Of a DNA stretch of 64,000 bases, positions 1 through 10,001 are shown piece by piece; position 1 is the stretch's first letter, and each line of letters opens with the position of its first letter. The DNA comes from Candidatus Dormiibacterota bacterium (GTDB lineage Bacteria; Chloroflexota; Dormibacteria; Aeolococcales; Aeolococcaceae). The notes under the pieces are model-generated. The model was given only the letters and a program-made list of their open reading frames with translations, ran no database searches and was not told where the DNA came from. The stretch spans positions 256,001 through 320,000 of the forward strand of contig CAVPXI010000004.1 of NCBI GenBank assembly GCA_963709585.1. The letters run 5' to 3'. A program made the position numbers and the translations under genes.

Positions 1-74
1 AGCATCTTGCGGTTTTGCGCCTGAAAACCCTTGTAGGGCGCACCCGCGACGGCTACACTCGGAGACCGATACAA

Positions 75-1310
75 GTGACCCGTCCTCGCCGCGTCTTCGC
101 ACTCGATCTCGGAACCACCAAAGTCTGCTGCGCCGTCGCAGACCTTGAGACCACCGGTCTCCGAGTCCTGGGTGTCGGTCTGGTCGCGTCGAGGGGGGTT
201 CGCAAGGGGGCCGTCGTCGAGATCGACCGGGCTGCCGAGGCGGTCGCCGAGGCGGTCGACATGGCCGAGCAGATGTCCGGGGTGGCGATCGACTCCGCCG
301 TGGTCGGCATCGCCGGCGGGCACATCACGTCGCAGAACAGCCGTGGCGTCGTGGCCGTCGAGGCGGGCCACCGCGAGGTTCGCGACCAGGACGTGCATCG
401 CGCCATCGACGCGGCGCGCGCGGTGAGCGTTCCCTCCGAGCGGCGCATCGTGCATGTGCTGCCGCAGCAGTTCACCATCGACGGGCAGGAGGGCGTGCGC
501 GACGCCATCGGCATGGCCGGGAACCGGCTCGAAGTCGATGCGCACATCATCACCGGTGCCAACACCGCGATCCAGAACGTCGTCAAAGTCGTGCACAAGG
601 CCGGACTCAACGTCGACGACATGGTGTTGCAGGTGCTCGCATCCGCTGAAGCGGTGGTCACCGAGGACGAGATCGAGCGCGGCGTCGTGGTGGTCGATGT
701 CGGCGGTGGTACCAGCGATATCGCGGTCTTCGCACGCGGCAGCATCGTGCACACCAGCGTGATTCCGGTCGGCGGCAACCACGTGACCGCGGACCTCGCG
801 GTCGGGTTGCGCTGCGACCTCGAGACCGCCGAAACCGTGAAGCGCAACTTCGGTCACTGTCTGCAGCTCACACTGCCCGCCGACGCCGAGGTGACCCTGA
901 CACCGATGGGCTACGACGAGCCGGTCGGTGTGCCGCAACGCTATCTCGCGGAGATCATCGGCCCACGCGCCCGCGAGATGGCGTCGCTGATCGCGGCCGA
1001 GGTGGAGCGGGCCGGGCCGCTCGGCATGTTCCCCGGTGGCATCGTGATCACCGGCGGCGGCGCGCTGCTCCGCGGGTTCGCGGAGATCGTGCAGCAGCAG
1101 ACCAATCTCCCCGCTCGCGTGGCCGCACCCCAGGGGTTGCACGGCATGAACGACGAGATCCGCGGCCCGAGCCACGCGACCGTGGTCGGCCTGCTGCGCT
1201 GGGGAGCCCGGAGCAACCTCGGACGCAAACCCTCGCGCTCCAACGGCAAGAGCTCGGACGGCCCTGCCGCCGGAGTCAAATTATCGAGGTGGTTTCGTGA
1301 CCTATTTTGA
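75..1310 (+). CDS. ftsA: cell division protein FtsA
   Basis: [19 protein letters not shown] and ITGGGALL actin-fold motifs; C-terminal amphipathic helix LSRWFRDLF; GTG start at 75 after GGAG. Confidence 0.97.
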   Translation: MTRPRRVFALDLGTTKVCCAVADLETTGLRVLGVGLVASRGVRKGAVVEIDRAAEAVAEAVDMAEQMSGVAIDSAVVGIAGGHITSQNSRGVVAVEAGHREVRDQDVHRAIDAARAVSVPSERRIVHVLPQQFTIDGQEGVRDAIGMAGNRLEVDAHIITGANTAIQNVVKVVHKAGLNVDDMVLQVLASAEAVVTEDEIERGVVVVDVGGGTSDIAVFARGSIVHTSVIPVGGNHVTADLAVGLRCDLETAETVKRNFGHCLQLTLPADAEVTLTPMGYDEPVGVPQRYLAEIIGPRAREMASLIAAEVERAGPLGMFPGGIVITGGGALLRGFAEIVQQQTNLPARVAAPQGLHGMNDEIRGPSHATVVGLLRWGARSNLGRKPSRSNGKSSDGPAAGVKLSRWFRDLF

Positions 1311-1422
1311 TCATCTGCGCACTCAGGGACTCGACCAGCCCGGGGATGCACTGGCCCGCCGGAGATCGTCACAGCATTCGCCCCCAACCCGAGAAACGCC
1401 AACCCAACGCGAGGAGAGACTC

Positions 1423-2531
1423 ATGGCAGACCTCGACCGGACACTTGAAGGCAACGCCCGCATCCGCGTCGTGGGGGTCGGCGGCGGCGGCAGCAATGCC
1501 GTGAACCGCATGATCCGGAGCAACCTCAAGGGCGTTGAGTTCATCGCGATCAACACCGACCACCAGGCGCTGAGCTCGTCATCCGCACATCTCAAGATCC
1601 GCATCGGCGGCAAGCTCGACTCGCGGGCTCGGCGCCGGCGGCGATCCCCAGAAGGGACAGGACGCAGCCGAGGAGTTGCGCTGACGAGCTCACCAAGGCG
1701 CTGGCGGACAGCGATATGGTGTTCATCACCGCCGGAATGGGCGGTGGCACCGGGACCGGGGCCGCGCCGATCATCGCGGAGATCGCTCGCGAGACCGGAG
1801 CGCTGACCATCGGCGTGGTGACCAAGCCCTTCCGCTTCGAGGGGCTGCGCCGTCAGAAGTCGGCCGAGGAAGGCATTGCCAACCTCCAGGGTCGCGTCGA
1901 CACGCTCATCACCATCCCGAACGAGCGGCTCATGCAGGTGGTCGACAAGAAGACTCCGATCGGCGACGCGTTCAAGGTTGCCGATGATGTGCTCCGTCAG
2001 GGCGTGCAGGGCATCAGCGACCTGATCGTCTTCCCCGGACTGATCAACCTTGACTTCGCCGACGTGAAGACGATCATGCAGGGCCAGGGACAGGCGCTCA
2101 TGGGCATCGGATTCGGCAGCGGCGACACGCGCGCCGCGGACGCCGCGAAGGACGCGGTCGCGAGCCCACTGCTCGAGACCACCATCGCCGGCGCCAAGGG
2201 CATCCTGCTCAACGTCACCGGCGGACCGGACCTCACGCTGTATGAGGTGAACGAGGCGGCGCAGCTGGTCAGTGAGTTGGCCGATTCCGACGCGCAGATC
2301 ATCTTCGGCACGGTCATCGACGAGCACATGAAAGGCGAGGTGAAGATCACCGTGATCGCCACCGGGTTCACCGGCCAGATTGATGTGATCGGCACCCTCA
2401 GCTACGAGCCGTCGGCGCGTCCCGTGGTCTCCGACCAGCGGCAACCGGCCTTCACGGTTGGCGGCAGGCCCACGGGTCCGTACAGCGTCGACGACCTCGA
2501 CATCCCCGCGTTTCTGAGGGACCGTCGGTAG
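1423..2531 (+). CDS. ftsZ: cell division protein FtsZ (two +1 indels at ~1617 and ~1676, probably sequencing errors)
   Basis: N-terminal [15 protein letters not shown] in one frame, [10 protein letters not shown] in a second, [10 protein letters not shown] tubulin motif and C-terminal LDIPAFLR in a third; GAGGAG RBS. Confidence 0.97.
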
Positions 2532-2607
2532 GTTTGGGTTCGGTGCAGCGCCTGCCTGCGCAACGCGGTCGACCGGCGCTGCAGACCAAGCCTATAGGGG
2601 GCAGCAG

Positions 2608-3147
2608 GTGAAGTGCCCGTTCTGCGGCGAGACGGACATCAAGGTCGTCGACTTGCGCGATTCCGAAACCGGTGAGGCGATTCGCCGCCGTCGAGAATGC
2701 CTCGGCTGCGGCAAGCGTTTCACCACCTACGAGCGTGTCGAGGCGCCGCCGCTGTACGTCGTCAAGAAGGACGGCAGGCGCGAGGAATTCAGTCGCTCGA
2801 AGCTTCTGTCGGGGCTCGTGATGGCGTCGAAGAAGACGCGGCTCGCTCCGGCGAATCTCGAGTTGATGGTGGCGGAGATTGAGAACGCACTGCGCAGCCA
2901 GAACCTGACGGAGATACCCAGCCGTGAGGTCGGCGCCATGGTGATGGCGCGATTGCGCGACATCGACGAGATCGCATACATTCGATTCGCCTCGGTGTAT
3001 CGATCCTTCAAGGACGCGCAGGAGATGCGCGCAACCATCGAGGATGTGCTCGCGCATCCTCCAGGCACGCGCCCGGATTCCGCGCGCCGGCAGCGCAAGC
3101 GTCGTGACACCGAAGGTAGAGAGTTGCCCCTCGACATGGGCAAGTGA
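2608..3147 (+). CDS. nrdR: transcriptional repressor NrdR
   Basis: MKCPFC...[18 protein letters not shown] Zn ribbon; ATP cone; AYIRFASVY. Confidence 0.96.
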   Translation: MKCPFCGETDIKVVDLRDSETGEAIRRRRECLGCGKRFTTYERVEAPPLYVVKKDGRREEFSRSKLLSGLVMASKKTRLAPANLELMVAEIENALRSQNLTEIPSREVGAMVMARLRDIDEIAYIRFASVYRSFKDAQEMRATIEDVLAHPPGTRPDSARRQRKRRDTEGRELPLDMGK

Positions 3148-3148
3148 A

Positions 3149-3853
3149 ATGGCTGTGGTGGAGGAGGATTCGCCGGTAGCGGACCGGCTCGAGGCGGTGC
3201 GTGCCCGGATCGAGGCAGCCGCGGCGCGCTCCAACCGCGACCCGCTCGACGTGCGCCTGATCGCTGTGACGAAAGGGATGCTCGCCGCCCGTGTCGACGA
3301 GGTGATTGCCGCGGGCGTCGAGGACATCGGCGAGAACCGGATCCAGGAGGCCGCCGACAAGCAGCGTGAGGTCCGCAACGCTGCGCGCTGGCACTTGATC
3401 GGCCACCTGCAGACCAACAAGGCCGGACGCGCGGCGACGCTGTTCGACTTCATCCATTCCGTCGACAGCACGCGCGTCGCGGATGCGCTGTCCGCACATC
3501 GACCCGCGGGACGTGATCCCCTCGGCGTCCTGCTCGAGGTTGAGTTGACCGGGCTGCCAACCCGCTATGGGGTCGCTGAACCGGACGTCGAGGGAGTGGT
3601 GCAGCGGCTCGTCAACGTCCCGTCGCTCCACCTTATGGGGCTGATGACCATCGCTCCTTATTCCGAGGATCCCGAGGACTCGCGCGCCACGTTCACCCGT
3701 CTCCGTCGCCTCCGCGACCACATGGAGCACGTGACCGGTTGGGCGCTCCCCGAGCTCAGCATGGGCATGAGCAACGACTTCGAGATCGCAATCGAAGAGG
3801 GCGCCACCATGGTGCGGATCGGTCGAGCGATCTTCGGCGAGCGGCCGGCGTAG
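3149..3853 (+). CDS. yggS: PLP homeostasis protein, YggS family
   Basis: LIAVTK, GENRIQE, WHLIGHLQTNK, LSMGMSNDFEIAIEEGATMVRIG. Confidence 0.96.
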   Translation: MAVVEEDSPVADRLEAVRARIEAAAARSNRDPLDVRLIAVTKGMLAARVDEVIAAGVEDIGENRIQEAADKQREVRNAARWHLIGHLQTNKAGRAATLFDFIHSVDSTRVADALSAHRPAGRDPLGVLLEVELTGLPTRYGVAEPDVEGVVQRLVNVPSLHLMGLMTIAPYSEDPEDSRATFTRLRRLRDHMEHVTGWALPELSMGMSNDFEIAIEEGATMVRIGRAIFGERPA

Positions 3854-3902
3854 AGAGCGCTCGACGATTCGGGAGCCAACGATCTGCCGGTATCCTTGAG
3901 CG

Positions 3903-6800
3903 ATGCCCAGGTATTCAGCCGTCAGCGCCCGCGCGGGTTTTCCCGAGGCGGAGCTCGAGATCCTCGAGCTCTGGCAACGCACCCGCGTCTTCGAGCGCAG
4001 CCTGGCAATGCGTCGCGACGCGCCCCCGTACGTTTTCTACGAGGGACCGCCAACTGCCAACGGGTTGCCGGGTCTCCACCACGTGCTCGCCAGGTCGTAC
4101 AAGGACGTGTTCGCGCGCTACAAGCAGATGACCGGATTCTCGGTGGCTCGAAAGGCCGGGTGGGACACCCACGGACTCCCCGTCGAGCTGGAGATCGAGC
4201 GCGCCCTGAAGATCAGCGGCAAGAAGCAGATCGAGGAGTACGGGATCGCGGAGTTCAACGCGCGCTGCAAGGCGTCGGTGAACGAGTACATCGACCAGTG
4301 GCGCGAGATGAGCGAACGTCTGGGCTTCTGGCTCGACTTCGACCATCCCTACCGTAGCTATGACGGCACCTACATCGAATCGGTGTGGTGGAGCCTGAAG
4401 GAGCTCTGGGAGGACGAGCGGCTCTACCAGGGTTACAAGGTCACGCCGTACTGCCCGCGCTGTCAGACCACGCTGTCCTCGCACGAGCTGAGCCAGGGAT
4501 ATGCGGAGGACACGCCCGATCCATCCGTGTACGTCAAGTTCCGCCTCAACGACTTGGACGGCAAGACCTTCCTGCTGGCCTGGACGACGACGCCATGGAC
4601 GCTCCCCGGCAATGTCGCGCTCGCGGTGCATTCCGGAAAACGCTATGTCCGGGTCGCGCAGGGCGACGAGTCGTACATCCTCGCGAAGCAGCGCCTCGAC
4701 GTGCTCGAGGGACCATACGAGGTCCTCGACGAGATGGATGGCGCGGACCTCGTCGACACCACCTACGAGCCGCTGTTCACCGACATGCTCCCCGAAGGCC
4801 TCGCGTTTGTCGTGCTCGACGCACCCGAGTTGGTGAGCATGGACGAGGGCACCGGAGTCGTCCACACCGCCGCGGCATACGGCGTGGCCGACCTCGAGCT
4901 CTGCCAGCGCATGGGCGTCGCCATCCGCCACGTAGTCGGGCTCGACGGACGGTTCCTGGACGGCCAGACGCGATACCGGGGGATGTTCGTCAAGGACGCC
5001 GATCCGAAGATCATCGAGGACCTCCGCGAGCAGGGCAGCCTCTACCGAGCCGAGCGGATCCTGCACACGTACCCGTTCTGCTGGCGCTGTGACACGCCGC
5101 TGCTCTATTACGCGATCACGTCCTGGTTCATACGCACAACCGCCGTAAAGGATCGCCTGCTCGCTCACAACCGGAGCGTGCACTGGCAGCCGGCGCACAT
5201 CCGAGACGGTCGCATGGGCAACTGGCTCGAGAGCCTCATCGACTGGAACCTGTCGCGAAGCAGGTACTGGGGCACCCCGCTGCCGATCTGGGTCTGCGAG
5301 GAGTGCGACCAAAAGTTCTGTGCCGGGAGCGCGGCCGAGGTTGGATTGACGGTGGACGACGATCTCCACCGGCCGTTCATCGATGAGGTCACGCTGCCCT
5401 GCACCGCCTGCGCTGGAGTGATGCGTCGCGTTCCCGACGTCATCGACGCCTGGTACGACTCCGGAGCGATGCCCTTTGCGCAGAAGCACTATCCCTTCGA
5501 GAATCGAGAGCTTTTCGAGCGCACTCATCCCGCGGACTTCATCTGCGAGGGGGTCGACCAGACCCGCGGTTGGTTCTTCTCGCTGCTCGCCGAGTCCACC
5601 CTGCTGTTCGACCTGCCTGCCTACAGGAACTGCGTGGTGGTGGGAACGCTGCAGGACAAGCACGGCAAGAAGATGTCGAAGTCGCGGGGCAATACGATCG
5701 AGCCGAGCATCATCTTCGATCAGTTCGGTGCCGACGCCGCACGCTGGTACTTTTACGCGCAGGGCGTTGAGAACGCCGAGCTGCGCGTGAGCCCGGCGTC
5801 GTTCCAGGACGTGGTGCGCCTCTTCATGCTGACGCTCTGGAATGTGTACTCGTTCTTCGTCACCTACGCGCTGACCGATGAGTACGACCCGGCATCGGCT
5901 GCGCTGGCGGTCATCGAACGCCCGGTGCTCGACCGCTGGTGCCTTTCGCGATTGGCCGAGACGGTCGATGGAGTTCGCGAGGCGATGGAGCGGTACGACG
6001 CGTCGGACGCTGTCCACGCCGTCGAGGCGTTCGTCGAGGATCTCTCCAAGTGGTACGTGCGCCGTTCACGCCGGCGCTTCTGGAAGAGCGCCGGGAGCAG
6101 TGACGACGCCCAGGCAGCGTTCGCGACGCTGAACACGGTGTTGCTGACGCTGTCGGGGCTGGTCGCGCCGTTCATGCCCTTCATGGCCGAGCGTATGTAC
6201 CGCAACCTCAGCGGCTTCAACGGCGACCCGCCTTCGGCGCCGGGAGTGCCCAACTCGGTGCATCTCACCGACTATCCCAAGGTGGCGGGAGCGTGGCGTG
6301 ACCCCGACGTTCTCGTCGAGATGAGCCGGCTGCGCCGGCTTGTCGAGGACGGGCTCGCCGCGCGCACGACCGCCGGCGTGCGCGTCCGCCAGCCGCTCGC
6401 CACCGCAACGATCGCGAGCGCCCCACTCGACCCCGAGCTCGAGGCGATCTTCATGGAGGAGCTCAACGTCAAAGCCGTGCGCTACGCGGACCCCGACGGT
6501 GGGCGCGCCCTGGTCGTCCTCGACACCACGATCACCGACGAGCTTCGCCTCGAGTGGCTGGCGCGCGAAGTCAGCCGCAAGGTCAACGAGCTGCGCAAGC
6601 AGGCGGGGCTCCGGGTCGAGGATCGGATCACGCTGCTGGTCGACGCCGATGGCGACGCGCGGCGCGCGCTCGACGCTTATCGGGACTGGTTGCAGGGGGA
6701 GACGCTCGCGCTGGCGATCGAGGACCGGCGCGGAGAAGCGCTCGCCGAGTGGGAAGGCGAGCTGGGAGGCGCACGGTGCTGGCTGGGAGTACGGCGGTAG
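3903..6800 (+). CDS. ileS: isoleucine--tRNA ligase, type 2 (GLHH signature variant)
   Basis: YEGPPTANG, GWDTHGLPVE, WTTTPWTLPGN, CWRCDTPL, SRSRYWGTPLP, KMSKS. Confidence 0.97.
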   Translation: MPRYSAVSARAGFPEAELEILELWQRTRVFERSLAMRRDAPPYVFYEGPPTANGLPGLHHVLARSYKDVFARYKQMTGFSVARKAGWDTHGLPVELEIERALKISGKKQIEEYGIAEFNARCKASVNEYIDQWREMSERLGFWLDFDHPYRSYDGTYIESVWWSLKELWEDERLYQGYKVTPYCPRCQTTLSSHELSQGYAEDTPDPSVYVKFRLNDLDGKTFLLAWTTTPWTLPGNVALAVHSGKRYVRVAQGDESYILAKQRLDVLEGPYEVLDEMDGADLVDTTYEPLFTDMLPEGLAFVVLDAPELVSMDEGTGVVHTAAAYGVADLELCQRMGVAIRHVVGLDGRFLDGQTRYRGMFVKDADPKIIEDLREQGSLYRAERILHTYPFCWRCDTPLLYYAITSWFIRTTAVKDRLLAHNRSVHWQPAHIRDGRMGNWLESLIDWNLSRSRYWGTPLPIWVCEECDQKFCAGSAAEVGLTVDDDLHRPFIDEVTLPCTACAGVMRRVPDVIDAWYDSGAMPFAQKHYPFENRELFERTHPADFICEGVDQTRGWFFSLLAESTLLFDLPAYRNCVVVGTLQDKHGKKMSKSRGNTIEPSIIFDQFGADAARWYFYAQGVENAELRVSPASFQDVVRLFMLTLWNVYSFFVTYALTDEYDPASAALAVIERPVLDRWCLSRLAETVDGVREAMERYDASDAVHAVEAFVEDLSKWYVRRSRRRFWKSAGSSDDAQAAFATLNTVLLTLSGLVAPFMPFMAERMYRNLSGFNGDPPSAPGVPNSVHLTDYPKVAGAWRDPDVLVEMSRLRRLVEDGLAARTTAGVRVRQPLATATIASAPLDPELEAIFMEELNVKAVRYADPDGGRALVVLDTTITDELRLEWLAREVSRKVNELRKQAGLRVEDRITLLVDADGDARRALDAYRDWLQGETLALAIEDRRGEALAEWEGELGGARCWLGVRR

Positions 6801-7285
6801 CGGCCGCCCCGCGCACCTCGCGGCGGCGGATCTACTCGGTGATGCTCGGTACCGCCGCGATTGTGGCCCTTGTCGACCACATCACCAAGTGGCTCGTGGC
6901 TTCGCAAATCCCCCTCGGACAGCAGATCTGGCGCGGCTCGTTCGTGTCCATCGATCATGTCGAGAACAGCGGCGCCGCCTTCAGCGTGCTTCCCCAACTG
7001 CACTGGCTCTACCTGGCGGTCGCGCTGATCGTGAGCCTCTACATCGCCTTCGCGGGCTACCGGTACGGGACCACGTGGTATCGCCAGGTCCTGCTCGGCA
7101 TGATCCTCGGCGGAGCGCTGTCGAACGGGGTCGACCGGCTCGTGCAGGGGGCGGTCGTCGACTTCATCGACTTCCACTTCTGGCCGGTGTTCAACGTGGC
7201 CGACAGCTGCATCGTCGTCGCGATCGTGCTCCTGCTCGTGCTCAGCTTCGTCCCGTCGTCACACCCATCATCGGCGCCGTCATGA
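6776..7285 (+). CDS. lspA: signal peptidase II
   Basis: DHITK, NSGAAFS, GGALSNGVDR, VVDFID, FNVADS; GTG start after GGGAGG. Confidence 0.95.
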   Translation: MLAGSTAVAAAPRTSRRRIYSVMLGTAAIVALVDHITKWLVASQIPLGQQIWRGSFVSIDHVENSGAAFSVLPQLHWLYLAVALIVSLYIAFAGYRYGTTWYRQVLLGMILGGALSNGVDRLVQGAVVDFIDFHFWPVFNVADSCIVVAIVLLLVLSFVPSSHPSSAPS

Positions 7286-8196
7286 GCGCCGGCAGCGCGA
7301 CGGTCGTCACGCCGCAACTCGACGTGTGGCTCGCCAACTCCAGACGGATCACGCGCCACGCCGCGCGGACCCTTATCGACGCAGGTATGGTGACCGTCGA
7401 CGGGCGACCGGGCAGACCCGGGCAGCGCGTTCGCGACAGCGCCGACGTCGTGGTCACGCCCGCGGTCGAGCACCACATCACCGCGGGGTCGCGCTCCCCG
7501 TCGATCGCCCCCGTCAGCGACCTGTGCATCGTCGATGAGGACGACTGGCTGGCGGTGGTCGACAAGCCGTCCGGCATGGTCGTCCACCCTGCCCCCGGCC
7601 ATCCCACCGGAACCCTCGCCGACGCGCTCAAGGAGCGGGGCACGACCTGGTCGTTGCTCGGCGGCACCGAGCGCGCGGGGATCGTGCACCGGCTCGACCG
7701 CGACACGAGCGGACTGCTGGTGGTGGCGAAGACCGAGGCCGCGCACCGTGGCCTGGCCCGGCAGCTCAGCGATCGCTCACTCGGGCGGACCTACTGGGCG
7801 CTCGTGCACGGCGGCTTCCGGGAGGACACCGGGACCATCGACGCGCCGATCGCCCGTCACCCTCGCGACCGCAGGCGCATGGCGATCGTCGAGGGGGGCC
7901 GCGAGGCGATCACCGATTTTCGAGTCCTCGAACGTCTCAGCGGGGCGACGGTCCTCGAGGTCTCGCTGCGGACGGGACGCACCCACCAGATTCGCGTGCA
8001 TCTCGCCTCGATCGGACATGCGATCGTCGGTGACGCGGTCTACGGGCGTCCCGACGCGACGCTCCTGCGTCCGGCACTGCACGCCATGCGCCTGCGCCTG
8101 CGCCATCCTGCCGACGGCACCGAGCGGTCGTACGAGTTGCCGATCCCGGAGGAGCTGGTCGCCGCCACCGAGCGGCTGCGTCCCTCGCCCGCATGA
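7282..8196 (+). CDS. rluD: RluA/RluD-family pseudouridine synthase
   Basis: S4-like N-terminus, VVDKPSGMVVHP, HRLDRDTSG, TGRTHQIRVH; ATGA overlap with lspA. Confidence 0.92.
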   Translation: MSAGSATVVTPQLDVWLANSRRITRHAARTLIDAGMVTVDGRPGRPGQRVRDSADVVVTPAVEHHITAGSRSPSIAPVSDLCIVDEDDWLAVVDKPSGMVVHPAPGHPTGTLADALKERGTTWSLLGGTERAGIVHRLDRDTSGLLVVAKTEAAHRGLARQLSDRSLGRTYWALVHGGFREDTGTIDAPIARHPRDRRRMAIVEGGREAITDFRVLERLSGATVLEVSLRTGRTHQIRVHLASIGHAIVGDAVYGRPDATLLRPALHAMRLRLRHPADGTERSYELPIPEELVAATERLRPSPA

Positions 8197-8780
8197 GCTC
8201 GGAGGGCAGGCTCATCGTGTTGACCGGGCCGAGCGGTGTCGGCAAGGACACCGTGTTGCGTGAGCTGTTCGTCATCGATCCCGCCCTCGAGTACTGCGTC
8301 TCGTACACCACGCGCCCGCCTCGTCCCGGCGAGGTTGACGGCGTGTCCTACTTCTTCGTGGACGAGCCGGCGTTCCGGGCGATGATCGCTCGCGACGAGT
8401 TCTTCGAATGGTCGACGGTCTATGGCGAGCTCAAAGGGCGGACCTACGAGACGGTGAACAAGGCCCTCGCCAGCGGCAAGGACACGGTGATCAAGATCGA
8501 CGTCCAGGGTGCGGAGAAAGTACGGTCGCGGATCGGGGACCGCGCGATCTACATCTATCTGCTGCCCCCGAGTGTCGAGGCCCTCGAGCAACGTCTCGTC
8601 GAGCGCGCCACCGAGGACCCGGCAAGCCTCCAGGCCCGCCACGAGCGTTCGCTTGCCGAGCTTGCGCTCAAGGACACGTACGATCATCAAGTGGTGAACG
8701 ATGACGCCAAGCGCGCGGCGCGAGAGATCGAAGCTATCATCCAGGCGGCGCGGTCGGCGGCCGGGCGAAGCCCGGCATGA
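8193..8780 (+). CDS. gmk: guanylate kinase
   Basis: GPSGVGKDT P-loop, SYTTRPPRPGEVDGVSYFFV, IDVQG. Confidence 0.96.
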   Translation: MSSEGRLIVLTGPSGVGKDTVLRELFVIDPALEYCVSYTTRPPRPGEVDGVSYFFVDEPAFRAMIARDEFFEWSTVYGELKGRTYETVNKALASGKDTVIKIDVQGAEKVRSRIGDRAIYIYLLPPSVEALEQRLVERATEDPASLQARHERSLAELALKDTYDHQVVNDDAKRAAREIEAIIQAARSAAGRSPA

Positions 8781-10001
8781 CCCTCGCCCTCGATGCGCGT
8801 CGTGTCCTGCTCGGGATCGGCGGCAGCGTGGCGGCGTTCAAAGCCTGTCAGGTGGTGACCGACCTCCGCCGCGAGGGTGCCGACGTGAAGGTCGCGATGA
8901 CCGAGGCAGCAACCCGTTTCGTGACCCCGACGCTGCTCCGCGCCCTGAGTGGCCACCGGGTCGCCTCCAGCATCTGGGACGACGATCCAGCCGAGGCCGG
9001 ACATGGGATGACGCACCTGGACCTCGCATCCTGGTGCGAGGTCCAGGTGGTGGTCGCCGCCTCAGCGGATCTCATCGCTCGGCTGGCGCTCGGACTTGCC
9101 GGCGATCCGGTGACCGCGACCGCACTGGCGTGCCGCGCTCCGCTGCTCGTGGCACCCGCCATGGAGTCGGCGATGTGGGAGCACCCTGCGACCCAGGGCC
9201 ACGTGGCCACGCTGATCGCACGCGGCGGCCGGATCATCGGACCCGTCTACGGACGGCTGGCGAGCGGCCACGAGAACACCGGCCGGATGGCCGAGCCCGA
9301 TGCGATCGTGGCGGTGGTGAGGGAGCTCCTTGTCGCCGGGGCCTGACCCCACCATCTACGGTCTGCGCTTCGTGGTCACCGCGGGTGGAACTCGCGAACC
9401 GATCGATCCGGTGCGCTTCATCGGCAATCGATCGAGCGGCAAGATGGGCAACGAGATCGCCGCCGCTGCGATCCGGCAGGGAGCGACGGTCACGCTGGTA
9501 ACCGCCGCCATTCCACCCGCCGCGGACGCCGGCCTCGAGGTCATCGCCGTGGAGACCGCCGACGAGATGAATGCTGCAGTGCGGGCCGCGCTCGCCGGGG
9601 CGCGCGTGCTTGTCATGGCTGCTGCCGTGGCCGACTGGCGGCCGCGCGACGTGGCGCGCAACAAGCTCAAGAAGGGAGCGGACACGCTGACCATCGAGCT
9701 GGTTCCGACCGTCGACATCCTCCGCACGCTGCGCGACGACGGCGCGGCGGATGGTGTCTTCGTGGTCGGTTTCGCGGCGGAGACCGAGAACGTCATCGAC
9801 AACGCCCGGGCAAAGCTCCACACCAAGCAACTCGATCTCGTCGTCGTCAACGACGTCTCACGCGAAGGCATCGGCATGGGCGCCGACGACAACGAGGTCA
9901 CCATCATCGGCCGCGACGGCAGCGTGCGGACGATCGCGCGCGCACCCAAGTCGGTCGTCGCCGACGCGATCGTGCGCATCATCGCGAGCAGATTGCGATG
10001 A
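8777..10001 (+). CDS. coaBC: phosphopantothenoylcysteine decarboxylase/synthase; appears as CoaC (8777-9346) plus CoaB (9330-10001), either a single frameshifted gene or a real split
   Basis: GGSVAAFK, APAMESAMW and GRMAEP in the first ORF; VTAGGTREPIDPVRFIGNRSSGKMG and GFAAET in the second. Confidence 0.93.

Noticed and set aside
3853-3903. T-box upstream of ileS
   Set aside because: The gap is only ~50 nt and has no T-box motif
8777-10001. Naturally split coaC and coaB as a novelty
   Set aside because: One base removal near 9326 fuses them seamlessly. A TTG start with GGGAG exists, so it is unresolved, but an error is at least as likely
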